A stretch of 64,000 nucleotides of DNA from Utricularia gibba (Eukaryota > Plantae > Magnoliophyta): the NCBI GenBank assembly GCA_002189035.1, contig NEEC01000021.1:930001-994000 (forward strand). The letters are read 5' to 3'. The number at the start of each line of letters is the position of its first letter. Position 1 is the stretch's first letter. Below are positions 25,414-38,536 of this stretch, one piece after another. A model generated the notes under the pieces. That model did no database searches. It was not told the origin of the DNA and saw only the letters and a list, made by a program, of their open reading frames with translations. A program made the translations under genes and the position numbers.

Positions 25414-27699
25414 ATGAATTGCCTTCAGAGCTTCCCCAGGTTCTGATCTTCATTACGCCAACCAAGACAGATTCTTATCCCTTTCTTACGAAGGATCTTA
25501 CTTTTCTTTGTCTTTTTGTTTCCCAGCTCCTTAGCGTTGCCGTCTTGGGCGCCCAAATGTTCCCTTCCGGTTGTCATGTTTCAGAGAAGAAATTTACCAG
25601 TCGGGGGCGCGGGCGCTATCAATTCCCCCTCCGGCTCCCGTATTGTCGCTAAGGTAATATATACGTCCCCGGATTGGCTTTTAGATGTTTCACCTCGAGC
25701 AGGGGAATGGGTCTTTTTTCTCTCTTTGGCTTCTTTTGTTTTTAGGCTGCCCAAGGCCCTGCGCCCAGTACAGAAAACGAGGCTTCCAAACTGGAGGACA
25801 AATCTGAAACGTACAGCCATGACATGACTGCTGCTATGGGAGCTGGTGATTAAAATCCTTGCTTACAGCGTTGCTTACAAATTGTAACTTCTGTTTATCT
25901 TGTAGTTGATACTCGAATGCAGTGCTAACATATCGGCATGAACTTGGGATGAATTACAACTTCATTCGACCTGATTTGATTGTGGGATCATGCCTACAGG
26001 CAAGCATTTGAAGATTCAATGGCCTCCTCTCCTGCTTTTTCATTCTCATTTCCTGGATCAACTTTGTGCAGACTCCTGCAGATGTGGATAAGCTTCGCAG
26101 TATTGGAGTGAAGACCATATTTTGCTTACAAAAAGACTCAGATCTCGAGTATCCACACTCAACATTTTCTTGACTTCATATGTATTGATTTGAATACTGT
26201 GTTTTTTTTTTTCTAGCTTCTATGGCTGTCGGGGTGCGGTTTTTGGATTTCTGTATCGTCCTTAACTGCAGGATTTCAGATATTTTGGTGTTGACATCTC
26301 TGCTATTCGTCGATACTGCGACAGCTTCAGTGACATTCAGCACATACGTGCTGAAATAAGGCATGCTCCATCAGCAACTGCCTTATGTTTGTGCTTCATT
26401 TCATTCTTTCCTCATTGCATCATGTCTCTCAACTCAGGGATTTTGATGCATTTGATCTTCGATTACGCCTTCCGGTGGTGGTCAGTAAACTCCACAAGGC
26501 CATCAATAGGAACGGTGGAGTTACCTACATACACTGCACTGCTGGTCTTGGGAGAGCCCCGGCAACCGCTGTAAAATATGTGTCTTACCTTCTTTACATT
26601 CAGTCACTGAGGATGTAACTCTTGTCTGTTTGTTTTATACTGCAGGTGGCTTACATGTTTTGGGTGTTAGGGTATAAGTTCAGCGAGGCACACGAACTGC
26701 TCACGGTAAATATTCGTTTCCCTTCAGCTTATAGGCTCTGGAATACAAGCTTCTATGCAGTTTTACTCAACCTGATCTGCAGAGCAAGCGGCCATGCTTC
26801 CCAAAACTTGACGCGATCAAGAGCGCAACTGCTGATATCGTAAGGACTTGTGCATTGTAACCTGCTCATCCATTGCAATAAACTGTGTTTGCACGTATTG
26901 TTAAAGCTTACAGGTCTTGAAAAGAAGCTCATAAAGTTGACTTGGAGAGGTGAAAATTGCTCGAATGTGGCGGTTTCTGGACTCGACGTTGGATGGGGAC
27001 AGGTATTGCTATGAAATGATGCAGCATTGAACTGTTCTTCTCACCAACTGCATTCCCTTTAACTGCTTACAGAGAATACCTTTAGCATACGACAAGGAGC
27101 AAGGTTTATGGATCCTCCGCAGAGAACTTCCGGCAAGTATTTCTAGTCATTCTCTTGCCCAACTTTTATCTCTGACTTTAGACAGGTCTACCTTAAAGTT
27201 CACAGAGTATAGAGTGATTTAGAATGGGAAACAACATGAGAAGTTGCTGAAGAGTTAAAATTCTGGAAAACTTGTGATGTGGGAGACTAAGCTCATTCAC
27301 AAGGACGATAAGATGTCGAATGCGAGCTTGTGTCGAAGCTCGACCAACTTCCTAAGTTTTTAGTCTCTTTGTTGGCCAGGAAGGAAGATATGAGTACAAG
27401 TACATAGTAGATGGGGAATGGTTGTGCAATGAGAGTGAGCTTGTCACTTCCCCAACGGAGACGGCCATGTCAACAACTATGTTACGGTAATGAGCAGTAG
27501 CAGCAGTTTGAGCATATCATACCAAGGTCCCTGCGAAGCATTCACTTGTAATGTTGGTTTTCAGGTGGTTAATGACGACACCGATAGCCGGAATTCCGAG
27601 ATACGATGCAGATTGGCCGGCGATGACCCTCTTCTGTCCTCGGATGAACGCCTGCTTATCAGACAGTTCCTTGAAACCGCTGATCCAGGCGAGGATTAA
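25414..27699 (+). CDS. SEX4: Phosphoglucan phosphatase DSP4/SEX4; 13 exons; apparent -1 frameshift at 27450-27453
   Basis: MNCLQSFP start, [25 protein letters not shown], catalytic [13 protein letters not shown]48 [19 protein letters not shown]. Confidence 0.95.
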
Positions 27700-28109
27700 T
27701 CAGCTTCCTGGTTAGCAGCATCCATGGAAGTGCTTAATAACTACTCACTCTCTGCCTGATATAAGGGGTACTTCAATAAGAGTAGCTAACTGCAAGGGAC
27801 AAGCAAAGCAGACAAGAGAGATCATGGCATCTGTTGAAGCAATTTTACTCTTGCATTCTTGTGTATGAAGAACAGCACAGATTTCATCCTCAGACAAAAC
27901 AATCAAACTTTGTGAAGGGCAAATTGCATTATCTGCTATTTTAACCTGAGAAAGAAGAGATCATCATATTGACTGTGATGCTGCAGAAACCTTAGATTTT
28001 TCAGCTTTTGTATTAACATATTGACTGCGAGGGCCATGGCATATGATGGCCTGAATTTTGGGGCATGACATCCAAACAAACACGAATAAGCCCACAAGGG
28101 AACAACTAC

Positions 28110-30301
28110 CTATTCGTATGCAGAGATAGAAGCAGAGAGAATTCCAAGATCTCTGTTTAATGAAGTCAGTGCAGTTTCACACTCGGAAATAATTCGCATC
28201 ACCAAAGATGGCTCCCCGGAAACGGTCTTCGAAGCTCCGGCGGCTACAGCTGCGAATGAATCTCTGAGGTTCTTTAAGTTACCTAGAAACTGGATAAGAT
28301 ACACATAGAAGGATGATGAGAAAGAACGGTATATGAATATGGACAATTTTTTAACGGTGCATCTACGTGCCTTCAGAAGCATTTTGTAGGCTTCTAGTAA
28401 CCTATTTGCAGCAGGACCAAAACCGTGTAGCTGGGGCACCTCCATCATATGAGTCCATGGCCGAATTTCCTGAGTATCAAGTAAGAGGATACATGAGAAA
28501 ATATATGCACTAGAATACACGGTCTCCCTCGGTGAATGGTCTAAATTCAAAATCATCATATACAAGAACTTCCTTGCGTGGAAAAAATTATCATTTGTTA
28601 GCTGAAACATAGTAGAGATAAGGTACCATGGAATTGCATCACATTTTTTTGTGAATGCCATCATAATCATCACACAAGTAATGAAGCAATCAGAATCGTG
28701 ACAAGGAAACAAAAAGACACAGCAGTAATGAGTTATATAAAAATCAACCTTGGTGTAAATTGAATTGAAAGATCTTGCTGTCTCAAGGAATGACTCCAAA
28801 TGGACACATAGTTTGGCTTCTGCCTCTGTGTAATCCTCATCTGGATTATATGGATGCTGCATAACTTAGAATAGTCAGATAGCAAGCCTTATTATGAGTC
28901 CCCGGAACTACAGAAATCGACACAGCGTGCTTGTAAAAGCCACAGAGTACCTTTGAAGCAAGATCATCGACCATTTCTTGAAGGTTCCGAAGTCTGTTTG
29001 ACTGGTCGGTGAGCTGCTTCTCCAGATCAGAGATGTCTGGCCTATTACCAACACATTTAAATGGCATAAATTTACTACGAAGACGAAAAAAATATCAAGA
29101 AGGCATTTTATAGATGCGTCTTTAGCACAGCCGAGGTTTTCAGTTTCAAAAGAAGCTACCCAAAATAATCCTATAGTCAATAACCATAGGCCAAGATTGA
29201 GGTTACCTACATCAGCAAATTCATAGATTGTATCTGAACATCCGCAGGAAACAACTTGTATTCCTCAGAAAAAATGTGAGATTGCTTCTCCGCTATAGCA
29301 TCAATTAGTTGTATGTCTCTTGTCACTTGCTCATCAATACTGAAAATGTAAATGCAACTTTTACAGGAAGGCAACTAAACAGAGTTGAGCCTCATGTGAA
29401 TGGAAACACTGACCTCCACTCAGGGTTATCAGCATACATAGACGCCTCCACAAGATCTACGATATATTTCAGCATTTCAATGCGGTCTTCGTAGCTTCCT
29501 CGACCCTGTGACAAGAAAACAAAAACACAAAATGGAATGGCCTAAGTATTGAAACAGCATCGAAGTCCAAATGCTTTCAGAGTGCATATGCTTTACAATC
29601 AGGGACCTACAATATCACCATCCCCAATCTAGATTACGCTAACTGTGATTGATGATGTTATCTTCAGCAAGTTGAATAGCAATATAAACTCTACATATAG
29701 TTTGAGAAAACCACAGAGTTCCTAGTAAATCAATCTTAATGAGTTGAATCAGGTGTCCATTGTATGACTGCAAGTAAGAAGGCACAAGAGCAATAAAAAA
29801 GTAAAAAAAAAAACTGGGTAAGACTGATCTAACCTGGATGGCTTCCATGTCTATCGTAACTGTAATACCTAGAAACTTGGCGATTTCCGCTAAATCTGCA
29901 AAGTTTCCGATAAACATCAAATTCTAAAAGAAGCATTTCAGAGCTAGATCAAAGGAAGGAAAGCAGAAAAAATACTATCTTGAACACTGATAGTACATTG
30001 TATTCTGGAAGTCTCATCATCACGATCGAAGCCATCGCCCTGCAGATTCTGCTGCGAAAACGGAGACTTGTCACCAAGTAATCTGCATAGTCCACAGAGT
30101 TGCGTGAAATATTCGATTAGCTACAATGAAAAAGCGGCATGTGAATGGGTAACTGGAAAATGCGCACTTGAAAAAGAGCCATTCGAGAAGGGCGTAGCGT
30201 TCCCCGCCGGCGAAGAGCAGTGACTGGGCCGGCGCATCGGCTTTAGGGTAACTCACTGCCTTCAATTTCTTCTGCAGCTCCTCCATCAGCTTCGCCGCCA
30301 T
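28110..30301 (-). CDS. AUG7: Augmin subunit 7 (HAUS7 homolog)
   Basis: [76 protein letters not shown]. Confidence 0.92.
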
Positions 30302-31093
30302 ATTGCTTCAAGATTCGAAATTGAAGATCCAGGAACATCTACCAGTTTCAAAATGATAACCGAATTTCGGTTGTTTATATTCTCTGTGACCAACCCCAGT
30401 TAACCCATTCATTAACCCTGGTTAGGTTTTGTGCCCTTTTAAGAATTACTTTGGCATTGAAAATTTTAAAATTCGTTTGATAGTATAGAATTAATATGTT
30501 CAAATATAATATAATTATATATAATATTTGATATCCAATAATATACATATAAGTACATAAATAATATAAATATAATTAACTATTCTATTTATTTGAGTAT
30601 ATCACAAACATGTTCAAAAAATAAATATATAATTGATATAATCATATAATTTTAAAATACATATAATAATTAAACAATGATATATATATATATATATTAT
30701 ATGTAAACTTACTTATGTATTTTTTATATTATCCAATCAAACGCCCAATTAGAAGAATGGATTATAAGAGTATTTAATGCGCTAGAAGCGGTTACAACAG
30801 AATTCTGTTTCTGCCAAGGCGACCAAAAGCAGTGAGAAGGAGAAGAGCTGCGGCGAGCGTGCGATTGGGAGTTTTTCGGTTTGTTTTGGCAACGAGTGAT
30901 TCTTGAAGACGCGGAGGCTTCCATTAGGCTGAGAAATTCATCGTTCTGCTTGGTGAACTACTCTCGTCTGTGATCTAAATTGGTTTGCTGTTCTGCGAGC
31001 CGATTGCTCGTTGTCTTCATTGATGCTTGTAATCTGATGATTTAGAACTGCAGCCGGAGTTATTACAAGCTGGAAGAGAAGCTCGGGCGTGGA

Positions 31094-34000
31094 TCAGGTC
31101 AGTTTGCTCTCGATCTGTTTCTGAAGATGCAATAGGTAGCCGTAGTACGACGGCGCGCTCGGCATCTGGTCTTCTACCATGTGCGAAAAGAAAACCATCC
31201 CTGTTGCGACACAATGAATATCGTCCTTCAATCGGAATAGGAAAAGGTTATGGAACTAGAATCGCTAACCTGATGGATCTCCTCTTCTGCAAAATCTTAA
31301 GCTGCAGGGAGAAGAAAGATTCATGAACATGTTTTATGCATCATCAAAGCATCCACTGGCAGTGAAACGAAAGGCTAACCGTAAGTAGGAGCTTCGCTGG
31401 AGCCTGATTTCGTGTAGGATGAGATTCAGCCCTTTGGACATGGGGTTATCAAATTGCTGCAAAGCAAACTGCAACAAAGGACGAACAGGAGGTTACCAGC
31501 GGAGTTACCTGCTGCTATCAGTATTTGAATTGGGTTTCACTCTGCTTATCACTTCTACAAAGCATTCAACAGTAGGAGGTACCTGAGGAGAAATTTCTTC
31601 GACTGAAGATATACCGAACAAACGATGCAAAAGATTTTGATGAACAGAACCGCCAACGAAAATCAGGCAGTCGACTCCGTTCTCGAGAAGATAGACGCCT
31701 TCATCGGAAATGTGCTCTGATGACAGTGGAATTCTATGGCGAACGGAATCAACAGGGTTCTGACAACATCAAGACGACTACAATAAGCTTTTTTGAACAA
31801 ATGATGCTAAACTCTGTGGTTTTTCTTCTATGTGTCACCCAGGAAAAGCTCATCTAGAAGTCTGATTTCATGAATACAAAATGGTACCTTCTCATTCAAG
31901 TTGTGAATTGAGATCATCCTGGGGTATAGGAAAGGCATCAACAAGGGGATAGGGAGAGTCGAGATGCAATTCATCCACAAGGATCTATCGTCGAATGTTG
32001 AATCAGACCGGAGTCCTTTGCTATTCAGCAAAGCTGAGAAATTAAAATGCATGCTGTGAATCTCTAGTGTTGAAACAGATTCGAGTTTCACCATACCAAG
32101 GTATAGTTGGAGCCAGAAAAGGAGAAACCTTGATTTGAAGAAGGGAGGTAAACCACACACCTAGAGTATACAGAGGCAACAATGTGAGCGCCTCAGGCAA
32201 AAGCAGTTGCCTTTGCGATGATACCAGAGTGCAAAATTTCCGGTATGACCAGAGAATGTTCACACAGAAGTCTGTCAAATGATCCCTGACTTGAGCAACA
32301 GGAGCCAAGGGAATCTTATCAGCCACTGTCATTGAGGAAAAGAAAGCAGCTTTAGTACACCACACCATGCGGACTGTGAAATGCAGTATGACAAACATAT
32401 GAGCCTAGACAAGTAAGGGATCCCAAAGAACACAGTTTGAATTCAAATATGAGTTACCCAACACCTTGCTTCGATAAGCATGCTACTTGGGCATTTAGAT
32501 CAGCAGACCGGAATAGACTCTTGAGCATATTGGTGCATCGCAGGGAGATGGTTGAAACTCTAATTCTTCGTTCACCGTATGCTGTAGTGTACAGAAGAGC
32601 ACACTGCATAATACAGGTAGCCTCATATATTTTGGCCATTTCCATGAATGAAATGAGAAGTTGGGAACTTAATGTAAGACACTGTACTCATTCTACTCAT
32701 ACCTGAAAACAACAGGCCGAATTTTCTGGCAGTTTGCCATCATGCTTCAGTGTAACCATTATTGTCTTGTCACAGTCAATCTAGATGCATGATGAACCAT
32801 TAATAAAACAACTGCCAGAAGTTCGATTGATACAGGCAAGTTTTCATGCTCTTTCTATTGTAAATTTCAAATCTAATGGCAAAATGTTAGCACAAGCAGC
32901 ACAAAAGGCCCCCATTATTGGGCTCAGAAATCCCATATACTTACAGCAGGAAGATCGATAGCAGTTGGAATGCGCTTACAGAAGTTACCATAATATTCCA
33001 GGAGTTGAATTCCCTAATCAGAAGAAAAGCTTTCTGTCATCTTCACTCTTTCAAACGCTTTGGCTATTCATTGTAGACACCTTTTCATATTCACAGAAAC
33101 TAAACTACTAGTAAAAGGCTGTGGGAAACTGACCTGGCTGCATCTAACACGCATGATGGCACCGAACCCCTGGGCCTCGTAACATTCCACCGAAGATCAT
33201 TGTAAAGCTTCGCCGAATCTAAAGATGCTGAAAAAGGATAATAATAGTAGACCTAAACAAAAAGAGAATGTACTGTGTGTCAAGCCATCAAGAAATACAA
33301 GGTAGACTTCATTCAGGATTCAGGTATACAGATGGAAACATGGAACAATCAGTCATAGCCTGTAAAATTAAAATCAGAAGGCAGATTACCTGGCCTCCAG
33401 TAGCTCTAGGAAGCACACTGAGAGAGGCAAGATCTACATATGTCTGCGTTGTACAGAACAAATCAACAGAGACCTGAAAACATCAAAATGTGATCAGATA
33501 AATCAAGCAAACCTTCTTGCAGGTAGATTGATTTCACCTGGTGCTCTGCAAATTCTGTGGCCATGGTTTTCAATGTCCCATCCATTGGTTTGAGTAATTT
33601 TTGAGAATCCTGAAAATACCAAGATTACTAAGGACATGCAAATGAAATAAAGGGATAACTGACAAAAGAATATGCAGTGTCATGCAAGAAAGCAGCCTCG
33701 TGAATAAAGATGCAAAATTCACATGGTTGAGATATCGTCCTATCCAAGTAGCTGGTAAATTGCAGCATATTTAAAATGACAACAATCTAGATCAGCAGTG
33801 ATCTAAAGCAAAAACTATGAAAGGAGAGTGCAGCAGTTTGCATTTTTGTGGTTCATTCTAAAAGAACTGTTTTCTACTGATCAAAGAAAGAAAAGTGGCA
33901 TGGGATACTTAACATCTAGGATAGGGGGGGATATGATCCTTCGCATACTGATTTAGAGAATATCTTTTTGAAAAAAGCCTATGATTAACAAGGGGGGAAT

Positions 34001-37000
34001 TAAAGTGGAAAACCACAGAATGTGAAGCATAGCCCCTGACATGCACAACATTGTGCTCCCCCACAGGTTATAAAGTGATATGAAAAGCACTAGATAATTT
34101 GGGAAAACTCCGAAATTCTAGCCTTATCTCCAGAAGATATGTTACTTTGCCCTTCAGCTGCTCTTCCAGAAAGTGATCCAATTCCGAAAGAAGGTAATAC
34201 TGTAACATCATAAATGACAAAGAAAACGAGAAACAAGTAGATGTAACAAGAACCAAAAATTAAAGCTTATTGGGGAACGAAAAAGAAGCATCTACGACTG
34301 AATTCACAAAGATATACTATACATAGTACATTTGACACCACATGTTAAGCAGACGACTTCCAAATTCAAATTAGAATTTTATGAAGAAGGATTCATATCC
34401 GTGACATACTTTTCACTCTTGAGGAAGCACACAGTATGAATGGGCATGATAAATTTCAAAATTTCACAAAACGGAATGATGGAGAACCATTTCACCTGAT
34501 TGAAAAGCAAGAAGCTTGCCCCCTGTCTTTTTCAACACTAGAAAACCAGCCTGAACAAGAAACAAGAAAAAAACATGAAGAAGATATACTAGTATGCATA
34601 TAGAGTCAAAGAAATTTACACCTTCAATGCAGCAACACAAGCAGAACTGGCAATTCTGTTATTTTGAAACATTGTAGGAATGCTTTCCAGTAATGCCTTC
34701 AGGCAGTCATGGCACTGCAAATTAATATAAATGATATAGAATAGATTATCCAATCACTATCATAAAAATTATCTTCCCCATAGCCCACCAACTAAACCAA
34801 AGAATCAATAATATATGTAAACAATGGCAATGAAAAAGTTATCCAACCTTTGCAATTTCAGCAATTACATCATCTTCAAGAGGAGCGTATACATCATCTA
34901 CATCAGGCACAATAACCATCATTGGCTGCAGGTAGGATACAAAAAAATAAAGTTCACCAAGGCCTATCCAGTATGAAACTATTTTCCCAAATATAAAATC
35001 CTAAAAAAACAGTTGAATTAGAGCAAATAATGAGAAACTGACCTGATGTGCGCTTCTCAAGTTGTAAAAGTGAATGGTGGAATCAAATGTGGCAATGCCA
35101 ACTCTTGATTGAGTACCTCCCTGTGATTAGAAACCCAGCTACTTTGGTGACAAATTCTATTTTTGCCTATCGTGCTACGGAAGAGATATTACCCATCTCT
35201 TGTAAGGGTCAAGTAACAGAAATTTATTTTAAAGCATAACTTACAGGAAGATCAGACAGAGCATGGCGGATTGCATTGCAAGCAGCAGCAACAGCACCAG
35301 TCTGTATAGCTTTCACTGATACGTCAATAAGGAAGAAAAATACTGGGGTCATGAGATCTCCCACCTGACATATGCAGCAACGAAATTCAACCTATCAGAA
35401 GCTGACGAAATAGAGAGTTCTAAATATTAAACAGCATAAATTGCTAACAAAGCACGTGTTTCAATTAGTTTAAGAAATATGATTTTCTAAATACTAATCA
35501 GGTGAAGCCAGAAGGTAATGAAATTTTCCATGCATCAAAGTTTGTGCATCCTAAAACACTATTTACAACTTGTATGAAATAGCATGCCAAATCCTGATTA
35601 TAAGTAAAGAAGCCAACCATGTAGGTTTTAGGAGCAATAAATTCAACTGTTCCACAGCATAATTCAGGCCTTTCATTAGCATCTCTACGTTTGCCTTCTG
35701 CATCTAAACTACAATAATAACTTTCTGGAGTTTCATTTGAAAATCCTGAAATATATATAGACATTTAGTGATAGAAGCTCGAAAGAAATGGAAATAGAGT
35801 AAATCAAGCAACGTATGTGACACAAAGGCAGCTAATGAGGAAATTAAAAGCAAATGCTTGCACGCATATAGTTATAACTTAAAGACATCCAACAGAATAA
35901 TACATTGATTGCTAGAGGGGGGTTCAGTAGACAGGAAATAGGTACCACACAAGTTGCAAATGAAGCATCTTCCTTGATTGATAAACTGCATGAAAAGGTT
36001 GATGTAACCCTTGCAACGAGAACATCGAATAGGACCATTTTCCCCAAAGTCAAGTACCTAGAGGACAACAATAGAATACAAGAAAAATTAAAATGAAATG
36101 GAGTTCCAATCTACTTGAAGAATAAGAAAAAATTAGTGATTGGATTAGTTGACGATGGAAAGTGTTTGCCTAAATGAATGGCATCTTGCAGTCAAAATTA
36201 AAGCACATCAATGCTTCATGACACCATTTTGGAATTAACTTTGTTGCTTTCTGATAAAATGGTTAAAGAAAAGAGCACAGACTTCCTATTCGTTGCCCTA
36301 TTAGACAAGGACCTTTTTCATTGAAACTCTTCAGTTCACACATCCCTAAGAATTCAACAAAACAAACACACTGAGAGAACACCATCATACAAAAATTACC
36401 TTGATTGGTTCCTTAGATGATTGGGGAAGCGCTAAAGGCTGGACCAACAAAGCCAACTGCAATCCAGACTTGTTTAGGAGACCAACACTGCATGGAATCT
36501 AAAAGCATTAAAAAATGATCAGGCCTATTCTCATTGCAACTCGATACTACCAGAAAGGAAGTATAAAAATAAGACAGAAAAGATAAAAATACAAAAGGAA
36601 AGAACAATGAAGAAAGTCATGGAAGACAATGCTTGCGAAACTGCAAAATGAAAGCAATAAATGCTTACAAGAATTAGATGTCTAACCTGGTTTAAAGTAC
36701 ATCTGATGTAACACCGGCTGCTATTTCCAATTCCTCTATCCACATAATCACCTATAGCAGACTTTCCATATGAAGAATAAAGCAAATAGTCAGGCAAATT
36801 TTCTGCCTAATTATATGTTCTGCTAGAATCTCATACATAAAACTAATACTAACTATTAGATGTCAAATGACCACGCTATACATACAGAGAACGGAAAGAA
36901 TATAGTTACAGATCGCCAATGCCAAAAGGAACAAACCATATCATTGGGGACATGGCAAGAAATCGAACTGGGATCTGTTACATAATGTCCTGCATGATTT

Positions 37001-37747
37001 GAGGCCGTAGATTGATTGGGAATCAGAAGAGGACTAGGTGGCATACCAAGCAGCCCCCGCTGCTGCAAATTAGAACCTTATATCAAACATAATACTTGGT
37101 CATAACTCGAACTAGGTGCGGTGCGCAGTTATTAAAGTCTAGATAGGAGCTACAATAGACTTCAAACAATCAGGAATCAACTACATGTGTAAACAGTCTC
37201 TCTCGAATCTCAACATCCTTACTCTCATTCATTTTAACATTACAAAAAAAAACATACAAACAAACTTTTCAACCATCAACAACCAATCAGCAATGGCAGC
37301 AGTGTACGAAGTCAATGAAAGGGATCACACCATAGAGACTCATGATCCAATATTCACCTGATTTTCTTGTGAAGGCGTTGTCTGTAGTTCATAAGCAGCA
37401 CTTGAAGACCCAATAACGTCTGGCAAAGCTTGACCAGCAGTAGCTAATCTATTAACTCTCATTTGTGTAGCTATTGTTGGAAATCCTGATTGGACAGATG
37501 ATACCACATCAGTGGGCAACCTATCTTGGGAAGGAGCATAAGAATGCATTGGATCTCCACGCAACACCGTTTGAAAGGGCGGATTTCCAGCAAAAGTCTG
37601 TGCCTTTTGACTAGGCAACGATGAACTAGGTCTGGAAGCTCCATGATCAAGTGAATTGATACGAAGATCATGCATATCAGTAGCAAGCGTAGCAGCTGTA
37701 GAATCAGCTAGATGATCATCCGGCCTCCTCCCACCAACATTCGCCAT
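31094..37747 (-). CDS. SEC24: COPII coat subunit SEC24-like (SEC24B/C type); many exons; not every exon traced
   Basis: Zinc finger GPIRCSRCKGYIN..FICNLC, RPELCCGTVEFIAP, QCALLYTTAYGERRIRV, LPEALTLLPLYTL, PLSSEHISDEGVYLLENG, C-terminal MVEDQ..YLLHLQKQIESKLT*. Confidence 0.9.
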
Positions 37748-38536
37748 CAGCGTAGCGCATACTGCAAACAAAACCCAATGTTTATACTCTAAAAAAAAAA
37801 AAAATAAATAAATGGACTGGAAACACTAAACCCATTGGGCCACTGAATCGATATTTATAGGCCCATTGGACCACCGTAACACGAAGCCCATTAGTTTGAA
37901 ATACTATCCGTGCCCACTCCGGTAGTCCAACATAATATCTCTAGTTTTTATTTAATATGTTAATACGAGACGAAATAAAATTAAAGTTTTTATTTGACAT
38001 AATTTATGTGAAAAGTACAAAAATAATTTTATTATTAAATACGAAGAATTTTTACTTCGATTTATAACTAAACCCACCGACGGGTTTGCATCCTATTTGA
38101 AATCATCAACCAGAAATAAATGATTATTCTACATGAAATTTTTTAATTTAATATGTAAGAAAAAATCATTTTAAATATAAATTTTATAATTTAATATATA
38201 ATGGAATGTATACGATTGACCATTTTTCTAAATAAAACTTCAAACAAATAATTTTCAGCCCGTAAAAACCGGTTTTCAGATCCTTTGATCGGTTTTCATC
38301 AACAGGAATCATGAGGATCTTTTGGACTGTGTCCCGGTTCAACATGGTTGTACAACCGGTTCATCTGGAATTCAAAGACCCGAATCAACAGACAGGCCAG
38401 CAGTTGCAGCAGCGGTCAAGATATGAATACCTGGCCTAATTATACAGTGGAAAATAAGCTGCTGCGCCTCTTCTTCTTTATGAAAAACAACAAAAGAATC
38501 TCTTCCCATATGGGCACAAGCACAAACAGCAACTTC

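Noticed and set aside
31052-31097. Kinase subdomain I-like peptide SYYKLEEKLGRGS
   Set aside because: Only 13 codons, with no further kinase motifs nearby; likely chance.
31030-31125. C/D snoRNA-like TGATGA...CTGA (also 59233-59380)
   Set aside because: No terminal stem, no recognisable rRNA guide, and the first overlaps SEC24 coding sequence in antisense.
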